DNA of 64,000 nt, taken from contig OZ024761.1 in the NCBI GenBank assembly GCA_964016885.1, positions 7,564,001-7,628,000 of the forward strand, given 5' to 3'. Below the pieces are notes generated by a model. It did not search any database. It saw only the letters and a list, made by a program, of their open reading frames with translations, and had not been told where the DNA came from. The position numbers were made by a program, and so were the translations under genes. Below are positions 1 through 13,660 of this stretch, piece after piece. This DNA comes from Eledone cirrhosa (Eukaryota). Position 1 is the stretch's first letter; the number at the start of each line of letters is the position of its first letter.

Positions 1-1644
1 TCAGAATTGCATGTAGACCTAGATAAAAAAACAATGTGAAAACCAATTCCTGTGACCAAACTCGTTAGTAGGAGAGAAAGAGAAAATAAAAACGAATCGT
101 CTCTACTTGTGAAAATGTAAACACTACCACAAATTATCCAACTGTATAATACAGTATGCACCCCCCCCCCCCCTTCCATACATATCTCATGAGGACAGGC
201 TGAAACACTGCAAAGTGGTCATGATTGTGATACAGTAAAAAGCACCCAGCTCACACTGTAAAATGTATGTAGGCGTGTGTATATATATATATATATGTAT
301 CCACACTGTAAATGTTGTTGGCATTCCAGCTGTAAAAACCAAGCCAAAATCAGTTCTGTATGAGCAAGACAAGATCATCTGACCTAACATTGCCCACAAC
401 AGGACAACTCGTCTAACCCATGCCAGCGTGGAGAAATGGACGTAAAATGATGTATTCAAAATAAAAAAACATATCGTATCGGACTTTAATAGTCTACAAA
501 TTAATATTCATTCCACAATATAATTTTCATTGATGAAATTTAACAAATATTTCTCCAAGAAAATCGAAAATTCTGACATCGCTCTCCACATGTTAAAACA
601 GCAAGAGGGAATAAACAACATTCTCAACGATTCCCTGCAAATTTGGGGCTCTAAAAGACTTATGTAGCTCAATTTAATGCATTTTTTAATAGAAATGTAT
701 CTTTACTTCATAAATTCGCCCATTTCTTGAAATTTTGGCTCAAACTCAATATTTGAAGCCTTGGATTCGTGCTCCATTTCAGCCCTCACCATGCAGGAAT
801 ACAACATTTTGACAAATAGTGTCAACATGTATTAGGAATATCCATAGCATTCTCCTTTTTATTGGATTTGTGCTAGTGCCATCTTGTGGCCAGAATCAGC
901 AATGGTATAAAAATCTTGAAGAAAATGTGTTCTTTTCTAAGTGAAAATTAATAAAATTTTCGCATTCATATTTCATAAAGATTATCTGACCTACCCACAT
1001 CGATTTTTATATCAAATATACAGTCGATCAACAAGATCCCAGACCTCATTCGCTTAACAAGTGGGATAGGGCTTGTCAAATCGGACCGAGGAAACAATGT
1101 TTCCACTGGTCTTTCCAATTGCTAATACTATCTGTCAGTCGCAACTCCAGGCAGAAGGAGCAACATGAAATAAAGTGTCTTGCTCAAGGACATAACGCAT
1201 TACCCGGTCTGGGAATTGAAATCACCCCACGATTGCGAATCCAATTCTCTAACCACTCAATCACGTGTCTTCACAATAAAAAAAAAATTAAAAAAAAAAG
1301 ACTTCTTCATGACTGTATCATTGACAACACAAATCAAGTTATACTGTTCCAGTGTATTGAACAAGAACTAGCGTTACAGTTCAGCAATCAAAAATGAAAA
1401 CGGGACAAAAGTTGTAAATGAGTGGAAATATGAAGGTGATTGAGGGGATCTGGCATGATATGCAAGTGTCAGATTTTGATCAAAAGTATATGAGAAGAAA
1501 GTTCACATCCAGAACTTTCAAATGATATATAATTGTCTATGAAAAAAAATGTATTTTGACATAAAAATGATGAAGCAAAAATGGATTTTTGTGTGGTCAA
1601 ACTGTGCTTGTCACACTTGGAGCTCTACAGTGATTTCTGTTGTG

Positions 1645-1862
1645 ACACCAACACTACCACCTTACAGGGTAGACTGGACCCTTTTGATCATGGCACCAGC
1701 ATTACCACCTTACAGGGTAGACTGGACCCTTTTGATCATGGCACCAGCATTACCACCTTACAGAGTAGACTGGACCCTTTTGATCATGGCACCAGCATTA
1801 CCACCTTACAGAGTGCTTTCAGTTGTAAGACTAAGTACAACCACTTTACAGGGTAGACTGGG
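1645..1862. repeat. Short 48-bp minisatellite, ~4 copies
   Basis: Unit related to the 56.7-59.6 kb arrays (TACCACCTTACAGGGTAGACTGGACCCTTTTGATCATGGCACCAGCAT). Confidence 0.85.
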
Positions 1863-1896
1863 TTGCAAAAAAAAAAAAAAAGAAAAAAATAATTAC

Positions 1897-2026
1897 CTTT
1901 ATACCATTAAGGTTGTCTACAGCCAGAACTGTACTTTTCTGATCTTCGTAGCAGATAAAACCAAAACCCTGTGACTGACCAGTCTTTTTGTCCCGAACCA
2001 GATTAATGTTCACAATTTCACCATAT
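1897..2026 (-). CDS. RBMX2: RBMX2 coding exon 3 (gene continues beyond window start)
   Basis: Encodes YGEIVNINLVRDKKTGQSQGFGFICYEDQKSTVLAVDNLNGIK (RNP1); TTTCAG acceptor, GTAATT donor; phase consistent. Confidence 0.95.
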
Positions 2027-2734
2027 CTGAAATTAGAAAAACATTGCTGTAATTCTTTCTAATTTAGGCAAAAAAAAGGTGGTGGTGGTGGCAGTTGTGG
2101 GGTGGGGGACGTTTGGCTATATTGACCCACAGTGCATTACTGGTACTTTATCTTAACTCCAACCCCTCCCAGGAGGAAAGACAAAGCTGTAATTCTTTCT
2201 AAGTTAGACACAAAAAGGTGGTGGTGGTGGTAAGGTGGGGAAATGTTGGCTATATTGACCCACAGTAATTACTGGTACTTCATTTTAACTCCAACCCCTC
2301 CCATGATGAAAAGCAAAGTTGAACATGCTGTAACCTGAACTTATACTGCAAAGCACTTTCTCTGATGCTCTACCAACTCTGCCAACCCGTCACTTTAAGG
2401 CAGTGTTGTAACAATTCTATTTAGCATTTGTACAATCATCATCATCATCATATTAACATCAGCTTTTCCTGCTAGAAAGGGTTGGACAGGTCTACATAGA
2501 CCAAGTCAGTACCGAAGCAGTGGCTCCTGATCTCCCAGACAGGCCAGGGATCTGTTGTCTCATTTATGTACAGTCTCACATTTCACCGAGTTGCACAGGA
2601 GAGGTTGTCATGTCTTTGTCACAACTGAAGGGTCTGCCCAACCCTTTGTTTGGCAAGCTTTTTATGGATGGATGCCCTTCCTAGCACAAGTCTAGCAATA
2701 TTTTAAGGAAGTGAGGATGGAAAGGTGATTATAT

Positions 2735-3140
2735 TATAATAATGAAATTATTGTGTACAGTGCTCAGGTGCACTACAACTCATCAAAGGTGCATGTATAG
2801 TACATAGAACAATGCACAAACGTCAGGAAAATGAACAGTGTATGAGTCATGATATAATAATAATAACAATAATGAAATATGTGTACAGTGCCCAGGTGCA
2901 CCACAACTCATCAAAAAAAGTGCATGTACAGTACATAGGGCAATGCACAAACATCAGTAAAATGAACAGTGCACAAGTCATGATACACACGTGTGCATGT
3001 GTATGGAAGGGGTACATCAGGTGTAGTTTTGGCGTATTTTGGGAAGCATGAGTGTCTTAAAGGATGCAGTGTCTCGGCAGCTAACAATTGACGCAGGCAG
3101 TTTGTTCCATGCTTCAGCAACTCTGAGCGTGAAAAAATGT
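2735..3140 (-). mobile_element. CR1/L2-type LINE 3' fragment (related: 34860-35340, 54825-55080)
   Basis: Minus strand encodes HFFTLRVAEAWNKLP; shared 3' end with (TTA)n tail. Confidence 0.75.
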
Positions 3141-4236
3141 CTACAGTACTTGACTGCTAGTTTATTTTATTAACCTCGGAATGATAAAAGAGAAATTTGA
3201 CCTCCGCAAGATTTGATTCAGTAATACTGCTAAATATTTTATCACACACTCTACCTACCAATTTTGCCAATCCACAACCTTCATTAGCACTAGCAGAAAA
3301 ACGACCCTTCGGGTGGTTTTCTGCTACCTTGTGTAGTGTGTATATTGATATTATACGCAGGTATATATACATGTAGATATGATACATCAAATAAAATCGT
3401 AATTGGCAATATATAATACATAGAAATTGAACGAAGACTGTGTTACACTGTCTTATTTAATCAGTAACATAATCCATGATACATTAAAAAAAAAGACGAT
3501 ATTATATATAAACTGCATTAGGAAAAAATTAGTGACAGAAAATTAGTATGTTTATTTAAGTGATGGCCAACGGGAAGTGTTGACATTTCAGAAATTTTAA
3601 AGAAGTGAATCTTTAAATAAACAAAATATATTTAATCAACAGCCACAAAATTTAATGGATAAATTATGTAATATTCATTCATTATTTATTCAAAGTAATC
3701 CAACTTATTTTACTAATGGGATAACAAATTTTAAACCGTACTCAGTCCCGTGCTCCTCCCTTTATTATAGTTTAGATTGTAATAACGAATGAAAGTGTTG
3801 TAATGACCTAGAACATAACCTTTTCAATTACCCACTCGGTTCTATGATACAAAACTCAATTTTATATTCCCTTTTGATACCTATCTGCTTGAGACCCTTC
3901 TTGATTCTATCATACAAAAATGTATACAGTATAAAATAACAACAACACCAAGCACTTTAAGAGAAATGGAATGAGATGGTTAGGTCATGTGTTGAGGATG
4001 GATGGAGTGTGACTGGGTGAGAGGAGCGATAGGAATGAATGTGGAAGTAAGTGAAGGAAGGGGAAGACCAAGAAAGACATGGCTAAAAATTTTGAAGGAG
4101 AAAATAAAAGAAAGCCAAGGGGTTGGTGAGGGTGGATACAGATTATAGGGCAAATTGGAGAAGCTTGTCATGGGGAACAACAACAACACACACACAAAAA
4201 CACACATACAATAACAACAAGAAATGAAAGACTTAC

Positions 4237-4395
4237 TGTGAAAAGACACAGATAATATCTCCTTCTGTGAGACCATAAGGAAGACCTCCAATAAATATCC
4301 AAGCGCTGTCCTTGTACTGGTCGTGCCAAGACTTTTTACCAACCAAACCTAATTCCAGTTCCTTTTGACCAAGTTTTTCGATATTCTTCACATTC
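4237..4395 (-). CDS. RBMX2: RBMX2 coding exon 2
   Basis: Encodes NVKNIEKLGQKELELGLVGKKSWHDQYKDSAWIFIGGLPYGLTEGDIICVFSQ (RRM RNP2 region typical of RBMX2/IST3); AG acceptor, GTAAGT donor. Confidence 0.95.
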
Positions 4396-4421
4396 CTTTT
4401 AAAAGAAAACAGAAATATATA

Positions 4422-5687
4422 CAGGGTGCGGACGATATTTGTTCGCAAGATTACTGTCTAGGAAAAAATAACACAGTAGTTTTATTTTTTAAGATTTATT
4501 TATCAAACTTGGGTCAGTTTGTCTTCATGACTTGCTCTTTCGATCTCACCTGATAAACCCGCCATTGGGTTTGATGACGGCTTCGGAACCGGCTACAGGC
4601 CTTCGTCACTGTCCCCCGACTTAGGCCCCTAAAGGCACTTGTGATCCTGGCCTTCAGATCGTCTTTCGTATTGCAGCTAGATCTGTTGGTGTCTCATTCC
4701 ACTGCGCTCCACACAAAGAAGTCGAGGGGGTTGCAGTCAGGCGAGCTGGGAGGCCAGATGTCAGGTGAAATGTGGTCGACAAAGTTCTCTGACAGCTAGG
4801 CTTGGGTCTTGCTGCCACACGTACGGCCTACCTGCAGCTACCTGGTCGATCCAGGGCTTTACTACCTCGCTCAGAACGCGGATGTAGCCATTGGTGTTCA
4901 GCTTGAGGCCCTCAGGAAGAAGTGAGGTGGCACGACGTCACCTTGACTGCTGACGACACCTAAGACCAATGTTGTCGCTGGAAACTTTGTCTGCATGACT
5001 CTGAGCAGATCTTTGGATGAGACAGCGAGCCACCTGTTGTTTTGGGAGTTGATCTTCTGGTCTTGGCAGAAGTTTTTCTCGCCGGAGAAAAACCACAGCA
5101 TGTCTGGCTCCAGTAGGTGTTTCAACTTGTTGATCAGCTTCTTTGCGTGCTTTAGTCGCTTTTCTTGCATCGCCTTTGACAGAAATTGTCTTTTCCTCAT
5201 CTTGTATGAAACGTAGTGAATATCTTCATGTACCAGCAGCCTAATGAGCTTTTCATCCACGCCTTTATCCCTTGCAATGGCACGCATTGACTTGCTAGGT
5301 TCATTGTTGATGATATCCTGAACTTCAGCGACAAACTCGGGGGTTCTGAAGGCGTCAGATTGTCGATCATGTGTTTTCCTCTCTGATGTTGCTTCGTAGT
5401 CGAATCCTGAATCTTCCAATTCCTTTCTGACCATTTCCACCATTCTCCTGCTGACACTGAGAAAGTCTGAAATTTCCTTATTTGTCCTCCCGGCGCGGAT
5501 TCCAAGAAGAACACAGCGTCTCTTCCACAAATTTGGACGTTCAAAATTATTCATAATCAATTATTCTGAAAATAAATAATGGAAATATAGTCACTGTTTT
5601 TATGAAGACAAGAGTGACAACGGAAGTTAAAAAAATTTGCATAAAATGAACAGTTGAAAATTGCGAACAAATATCGTCCGCACACTG
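4422..5687 (-). mobile_element. Tc1/mariner (maT/DD37D-like) DNA transposon, near full length, defective transposase
   Basis: 27-bp TIRs CAGGGTGCGGACGATATTTGTTCGCAA (1 mismatch), TA flanks; ORF 4898-5560 with HTH and WFFSGEKNF motif, frameshifted C-terminus containing WPPSSPDCNPLDFFVW. Confidence 0.92.
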
Positions 5688-5699
5688 TATATATACACA

Positions 5700-5972
5700 C
5701 AGTTGTCCCCTGGTATTTACAGCAGTTACATTCCTAGAGCACCAACAAAGGGTGAAAAAATATCGGACATGGTCCATAAAAATGCCTATAACGTAAAATA
5801 TAATAAAAATAAAAAGAGAGAGCGTTTTATGCGAAGGGGCGTCCAATAGGCCGACAAATGTGGTATATTATTAATAATTTAGCATTAAAGAAATATATAT
5901 TGCCACCCACGAAAAAAGCCATAAATAAAAAAATCGCGAATAATTGGGACCACAAATATTGGGGATACACTG
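5700..5972. mobile_element. Mariner/pogo-like MITE (related copies 34332-34643, 52988-53428)
   Basis: Imperfect TIRs CAGTTGTCCCC / GGGGATACACTG, TA flanks, shared internal sequence among three copies. Confidence 0.7.
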
Positions 5973-7469
5973 TATATATATATAACCCTTCAGTTACCAA
6001 CCAAGCCAAATACTGGGGATACACTGTATATATATATAACCCTTTAGTTACCAACCAAGCCAAATACTGGGGGTACACTGTATATATATATATATAACCC
6101 TTCAGTTACCAACCAAGCCAAATACTGGGGGTACACTGTATATATATATAACCCTTCAGTTACCAACCAAGCCAAATACTGGGGGTACACTGTATATATA
6201 TATAACCCTTTAGTTACCAACCAAGCCAAATACTGGGGATACACTGTATATATATATAACCCTTTAGTTACCAACCAAGCCAAATACTGGGGGTACACTG
6301 TATATATATATAACCCTTCAGTTACCAACCAAGCCAAATACTGGGGGTACACTGTATATATATATAACCCTTTAGTTACCAACCAAGCCAAATACTGGGG
6401 GTACACTGTATATATATATAACCCTTTAGTTACCAACCAAGCCAAATACTGGGGGTACACTGTATATATATATAACCCTTTAGTTACCAACCAAGCCAAA
6501 TACTGGGGGTACACTGTATATATATATAACCCTTCAGTTACCAACCAAGCCAAATACTGGGGGTACACTGTATATATATATAACCCTTCAGTTACCAACC
6601 AAGCCAAATACTGGGGGTACACTGTATATATATAACCCTTCAGTTACCAACCAAGCCAAATACTGGGGATACACTGTATATATATATAACCCTTTAGTTA
6701 CCAACCAAGCCAAATACTGGGGGTACACTGTATATATATATAACCCTTTAGTTACCAACCAAGCCAAATACTGGGGGTACACTGTATATATATATAACCC
6801 TTTAATTACCAACCAAGTCAAATACTGGGGTACACTGTATATATATATAACCCTTTAGTTACCAACCAAGCCAAATATTGGGGATACACTGTATATATAT
6901 ATATAACCCTTTAGTTACCAACCAAGCCAAATACTGGGGGTACACTGTATATATATATAACCCTTTAGTTACCAACCAAGCCAAATACTGGGGGTACACT
7001 GTATATATATATAACCCTTTAGTTACCAACCAAGCCAAATACTGGGGGTACACTGTATATATATATAACCCTTTAGTTACCAACCAAGCCAAATACTGGG
7101 GGTACACTGTATATATATAACCCCTTAGTTACCAACCAAGCCAAATACTGGGGGTACACTGTATATATATATAACCCTTTAGTTACCAACCAAGCCAAAT
7201 ACTGGGGGTACACTGTATATATATAACCCCTTAGTTACCAACCAAGCCAAATACTGGGGGTACACTGTATATATATATAACCCTTTAGTTACCAACCAAG
7301 CCAAATACTGGGGGTACACTGTATATATATATAACCCTTTAGTTACCAACCAAGCCAAATACTGGGGGTACACTGTATATATATATAACCCTTTAGTTAC
7401 CAACCAAGCCAAATACTGGGGGTACACTGTATATATATCTATAACCCTTTAATTACCAACCAAGCCAAA
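5952..7469. repeat. 54-bp minisatellite, ~28 copies
   Basis: Unit CCAAGCCAAATACTGGGGGTACACTG(TA)nACCCTTTAGTTACCAA. Confidence 0.95.
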
Positions 7470-8541
7470 ACCAGCTCTGGTTCTATGAAATAAAACCACC
7501 CATTTTAAGTTGAAAACTTCCAACTTAATTTCATGTAACCTTACATTAAGTTACTATCTTAGTAATAAAATGATTAATAATTCTTCATTAATTAATTCAG
7601 ATAGTGTATTTCATTAGTAATGGGGTTATGAAAGGGACAAAGTAAATATATCATCATCATCACCATTTAATGCCCACTTTCCCTGATAACCAGTGTTGGA
7701 CAAGAGTCTACATAGACAAAGTCAGTACTGAAGTGGGGCTACTGGCTTCCAAGATAGGCCTAAGAAATCTGTATCCTGCTTTCGTACAGTCATATTGAGT
7801 GTAGAGAAGTTGTTGGGTTTTTTCACACAAACTGAATGGTCCTCCTAACCCCTTTCTTGGCAAACTTTCTATGACTGGAGGCCCTTTCTAGCAAGAACCA
7901 CTTTACAGCATGTACTGCATGTTTATATTGTGTAAAAAAAATATAGGCACAGAAGTGGTTGTGTAGTTAAGAAATTTGCCTTGCAACCAGCACATGGTTT
8001 CAGGTTCGGTGACACTGTATGGCACCTTGGGCAAGTGTCTCCGACTATATACTCAGGTTGGTGTTAGTAAAGGTATCCATCTGTAGAAACCAAGACAACA
8101 ATGGAACATACAAACAAGACATAGTCTCCTAACCAATCAGTCCTCAGCAATGGAGGTTAAACAATAATGATGATGGTAATGATGATGATGTACATCAGTG
8201 GTCGCCAACATGGGTTCCGTAAAACAAACTCCGGGTTCCTTAAAAAAATAAATATTTACATTACCATGAATATTTTGGGTTTTCTGAAAAAGGTGCAATG
8301 TATAAATGAACAAGTACTATTGTAGTGTACACAGGCTCTCCACTCCAATTCGTGGAAAACACTACTTTCAGTTTCTCACTTGAATTAGCAGAAAAACACT
8401 GTTCTGAGATTCGTGGAAATTGAATACTTTCAAAGGAAACTATATTTATAAAACCATATTTATTTTATTATACATATTTCAAGGGCCTCCAAGGCAGATT
8501 TTTAGCTTGTTGTATCCCAACAAATTAAATATAACCTCTGC

Positions 8542-8574
<33 letters not shown>

Positions 8575-8579
<5 letters not shown>

Positions 8580-8890
8580 TCTCCTTCTTCCACTTATTCC
8601 TGAGAGGGTCGTGGAGGCAGAGTCCTCAAATACTCGCTCCAGTGGGCCCTCTCAGAAGCAACCGTCTCCAACTGGATCGCCAAGTGTGACCAGCAAAGCT
8701 CATGGATATTATCTAACCATCTTGATCGGGGGGTCTACCCTTGGGTCACCTACCTGTTAGTTTCACCAGTAAAATCTGTCCAGTGATTCTTTCCTGAGAC
8801 ATTCTAACCACATGCCCATAATATCGGAGCTGTGATCTCTTAAATTGAAGAAGTAGCGTCTCTACCTGGAGTGACTCTCTGATCTTCACA
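8575..8890 (-). mobile_element. RTE-clade LINE 3' fragment (related: 30250-30570, 30915-31060)
   Basis: SQLRYYGHVVRM...GRxPKGRPPIKM motif; (GAA)n-type tail. Confidence 0.7.
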
Positions 8891-9091
8891 TACATATATA
8901 GAGTTGTGTATGAGCCTCTACAGTGTAGGGCAGATGTTCTCAAAGTCGGTGCTACACCACCTCCCGGGGTGTGTTGAGAAGGTTTGGGGAGGGGGGGTCT
9001 GTGGGGGCAGTAGAGATGATATAATAATATATTAAATATCAAATGATACATATATATAAATATAGTAAAATAAAAAAAAAAAAATTTATTT

Positions 9092-10255
9092 ATCATCATC
9101 TTCCACGCTAGCATGGGTTAGGCGGGAGTTGTCCCACTTGAGGCAAGGTTGGTCGGGTGACCGTGTCTCGCTCATATAGGACTAACTGGCAGGTTTTCTA
9201 CGGCTGGATGCCCTTCTTAACATCAACCACATTTACAGTGGAACTGGGAACTTTTAATCGTTACCTACACAGCCACATTACAGCGAGGACTATGTTTTTT
9301 TTTCTCGTGACACCTACACGATCTCGATCTCATTTATTTGGACTGGATGTTGTGGTACTAACTTTACAGAGCGAGGGTGGTGTTGGTGGGAGTGGGAGGA
9401 TAGGGTAGGGGTAGTGGGATGGGGTGTATATTTGGTTAAGAGGTGTCTACTGACTGTAGGTTTCGCTTTGTACATAGGCAAGGCGGGTCTTCTGTATTAC
9501 TGCGTAGCGCCAAAGATCTCGGTCCAATGACATTGTCCCAGAGAGGTGCAAGTGTGTAAGGTCAGAATTTATCAAATCGTCCCAGGTTTTTCTGAGTCTA
9601 CCTACTCCGTAACTACCATCAATTTTGATCGCCCTGCACTTTTTTATACAGCTGTCGTCTTTCATGTGCATCACATGGCCATACCAACGTAGTCTTCTCT
9701 CAAGTAAACAGCATCTGATCCCTCTTATTCCTAATTTCTCACTTAGTTCATTTATGCTTTGCCGTTCACGTATGTTACTATTATACATGCATGCTTCGTT
9801 CCTTTCCAGTCTGCGCAGGTCCTCTGCACGTAATGCCCATGTCTCACTGCCATGTAGCATTGCTATTCGTATACAAGCATCATACAATCTGCCTTTCATT
9901 TTTAGAGAGAAACCTTTTGTGGCCAACAACGGTATAAGCTCTCTGAACTTTTTCCACCCCGTTCTGACTCTGGCTACTGTACTTTCAGAACACCCTCCAC
10001 CACTGCTGATTTCATCACCCAGGTAACGGAAAGTGTCTACTATTTCTATAGAACCATCTGGGCAATAGAGGGAGCTAGTATCCTGTGGACACTTGCTACC
10101 TATTGCATCTAAGCATCGGCCACATATAAAGTCTACGTTCTTAGATAGTTTACCTGTGATCCCACTACATCTTTTATGTACCCATACTTTGCATTTGGGA
10201 CATAAAATTGAATTTCTGCCTACTCCTTTCCTACACACTGAGCATGGCCATACTA
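9092..10255 (-). mobile_element. RTE-clade LINE, 5'-truncated
   Basis: ORF 9447-10265 with PHD-like WPCSVCRKGVG..C..C, FRYLGD, HGSETW, RLRWYGHV; 3' UTR and (ATG)n tail. Confidence 0.92.
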
Positions 10256-10256
10256 G

Positions 10257-10576
10257 GAGGCACATGGCTTAGTGGTTAGAGCATTGGCCTTGCAATCGAA
10301 AAGTTGTGAGTCCAATTCCCAGACCGGGTGATGTGTTGTTTCCTTGAGCAAGACACTTTATTTCACATTGCTCCAGTTTACTCAGCTGTAGAAATGAAAT
10401 GATACGGACTGGGGTCCCTATCATTCCACTGCAAAAAAAATGCACCCAGCACTCACTATAAATGAGGTTGGTGTTAGGAAGGGCATCCAGCTGTAGAAAT
10501 CAAGCCAGAATCAGTTCCCATCCCACCCTTGCAAGCAGGGAAAAGCGGACGTAAAATGATGATGATGATGATGATA
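10257..10576 (+). mobile_element. tRNA-derived CORE-like SINE (other copies ~12072-12410, 20101-20420 minus, 20447-20767, 27373-27645, 30573-30914, 36210-36636, 46053-46392, 50263-50640)
   Basis: tRNA head GGCACATGGCTTAGTGGTTAGAGC...GTTCAATTC; centre CCTTGAGCAAGACACTT...CCAGTTTACTCAGCTGTAGAAATG aligns with the MIR/CORE domain; RTE-shared 3' tail and (ATG)n. Confidence 0.88.
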
Positions 10577-12775
10577 CTAACGATTTTATTTATTATATAT
10601 TATTTACAATTTGCATGTAGACATGTCCTTCTGGAAATAAGGTTGGGTACTATGGGTATTATGTGGTGGTGAGACCTCTGGTGTTGTCCCTGGTCTGCCA
10701 CTGAAGATGTCCAACTCCATTACATAATGACTTTTTACCATTTCATCATTTTTGTCAAGATTCAACAAGTTTCTCAAATTTTTTGTTTACTTCTGTATTT
10801 AGTTACATTCCTCTTTTAGCAGACAACAATAGCGCCATCTACCTAATGTAACAGGTATTTAATATACATATATATCATCATCCACTGTAGAGTGGAGCCC
10901 ACACTGTTAAGTGGTTGTGTAGGTCTAACAAAAAGCACCCAGTACACACTGCAAATGAGGTTGGCATTAGGAAGGGCATCCAGCTGTAGAAACCAGGCCA
11001 AAAGCAATTCTGTATGAGCAAGACATGGTCACCTGAGGTGGAATTTTTTCTTTATTATTTCATTAGCACACTCAGTTCAATTTTTTAAAAGCCACATAAG
11101 CTGTTTAAATTCCTTTAGATCAGCCAGATTATTACTTGAAAACCACTAAAATTAAAAATATTAGCCTACTCCTTTTACTACATAGAGATATATTTTGAGT
11201 TTAAGCTTTAAAAAAAAAACTGTTTTCTTTAACCTTTATGGAGAAAACACTCGGCAGGGGGGGAATCGAAACTACACACACACATGTATGGTGGTTCGGC
11301 AGAATTGAAAGAGCGTCAGAGGAAATGACATTGTGGTGTTCGTTCTGGCTGTTTACATTCTGAATTCAAATCCAGTCTAGATCAACTGTGCCTTTTTTCC
11401 TCCTGGGGGGGTCAATAAAATATAGTAGCAGTCAAGTTTTACGGTTGATGCAATCAACTTGGTTGGCCTTATGCCTATATTAGAAGTCAATGTGTGTGTG
11501 TGTGAGAGAATTGCCGTCAATTTTTGGCAGTTTATGTTTATTTATACATACAGGGTGTTCCAAAAAATACATACACACTTTCAATAGAATGCTATTGAAG
11601 TGTGTATACATTTTTTGGTCACCATGTGTGTGTATATATATGTATATATATATATAGTAATAATTGTTTCTACTTTAGGCACAAGGCCAGCAATTACCCA
11701 GTGCATTACTGGTACTTTATTTTATCGACCCCATAAGGATGAAAGGCAAAGTCAACCTCGGCGGGATTTGAATTCAGATCGTAAAGGGACGTAACTATGC
11801 TGGAAAGCATGGCGTCCGACCCTCCACTGATACTGCCAATCCACCTTATATATATAGTAATAATAATAAATTATATATATAGTAATAATAATAAATTTGA
11901 AGACTAAAATCCAAAGAGGGCTCGATAAGGATAAATATATATCAAATATATAAGAACCGTAGAGCAAATATTTATTAAAATAACAGATTAAAGTTTAAGC
12001 AAAGAATCGCGTTAAGGGTGAAAGCAGCGATTCTTTGCTTAAACTTTAATCTGTTATTTTAATATATATATAGGCACATGGCTTAGTGGTTAGAGCATTG
12101 AACTTGCAATCGAAAGGTTGTGAGTTCAATTCTCAGACCGGGTGATGTGTTGTTTCCTTGAGCAAGACACTTTATTTCACATTGCTCCAGTTTACTCAGC
12201 TGTAGAAATGAGATGATAGGGACTGGGTTCCCTATCATTCCACTGCAAAGTGGTCGTGGAGGTGCCACGGCAAAAAAGCACCTAGCACTCACTGTAAATG
12301 AGGTTGGTGTTAGGAAGGGCATCCAGCTGTAGAAATCCAGCCAGCATCAGTTCCCGTCCCACCCTTGCAAGCAGGTAAAAGTGGATGTATGATGAAAAAT
12401 GATGAAATGAAAATGTAATCTGAGTTTTTCAAATATTAATAATAATATTCTATTTTATATAGTTTCTCTTTTTTTTTAAATAAATAATAATTCTGATCGT
12501 CAAACTAGAAAATAAAGTAAATATTGAGTTTATTTTATTTTTTGTTCTCCAAAATATTTCTTTCATGTTTCCACGAGTAAAATTTATTTTGAAATTTGAA
12601 AATAGTTTTTAAAAAGTTATTTTGAGGTTTTTAGTTTAAAAAAATAAAAGGAAACATACATGTGTGTGTGAATATGTATATATATATATATTAAAATAAC
12701 AGATTAAAGTTTAAGCAAAGAATCGCTGCTTTCACCCATAACAGGATTTTCTGAAACTATTTATATATATATATA

Positions 12776-13660
12776 CTAGCAGTGGAACCCGGCGTTGCAC
12801 GGGATAAGATATTTTGGCATGCAGGCTGTCAACAGACCTAATTGTGGAAAAACTGTATGCCTGGACAATATGTTAAGAAAATAAACCGATGGCTGGATAA
12901 TCTTTAAGATTTTTCTCGATGAAGCAGGAAAAATGCAGGTTTTCACCTAATGGGGATCAAGAGAATGAATTTTTTTTATGTGCATAATATAATATGCCTT
13001 GAAATTTCGGGAAAATCGGCTAGACGTAACGCCTCAAAAAAGCCCTAAAAAGCTGAAAAAGTTTTTCACCTAATGCGGGCCCTAGGCCATAAAAAGTTGG
13101 ATCTTCTTTGCTCACGGTATGAAGAAGAGACTGACTAATACATAGTTACAATTTCAAGGAAAGCGGTCTGACGTAACACCTCAAAAAACCCCTAAAAATG
13201 TTAAACAACGCAGTTTTTCACCTAATGCCGGCCCTAGGAGATAAAAAAAAGTTAAATTTTTTTAATGTGCATAACACTCCCTGAAACATAAAGTAATACA
13301 CATGTAAAGTTTGAAAAAAAATCGGTTGGGTACTTATCGAGTTTTAGGGATTCAAACTCACAGACAGACACAGAAGTGACGTAATGCAGCCAGACATACA
13401 GACAGATATTATAAGGGTGCGACGTTATATGTATGTATCTATCTAAAAAGAGAAAGACTAAGAATTATAGAGAGAGATTGCTAAATTGCCTAATGCGGTC
13501 CCTAGGATATTGAAAATTTGAAATTTTCTTTTGCTCAGAACACTCCCTGAAACATAAGTATTACATGTGTAAAGTTTGAAAACAGTCGGTTGGGTGGTTC
13601 TCGAGTTTTAGGGATTCAAACTCACACACACACAGACATCCTCAGTTTTATATATATTGA
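12776..13660 (-). mobile_element. Non-autonomous Helitron-like element
   Basis: Minus strand 5' TCAATATATATAAAACTGAGGATGTCTGTGTG, 3' hairpin CCCGTGCAACGCCGGG then CTAG; internal ~230-bp duplication. Confidence 0.7.

Noticed and set aside
1-1890. Further RBMX2 exons
   Set aside because: No sequence encoding the expected GRTIRVDHV continuation was found; presumably outside the window
5952-7469. CRISPR-like appearance of regular arrays (also 43263-44315)
   Set aside because: No unique spacers, eukaryotic context, no cas genes; these are plain tandem repeats
10257-10330. SINE heads as functional tRNA genes
   Set aside because: They continue into CORE domain and LINE tail in many copies; acceptor stem not formed
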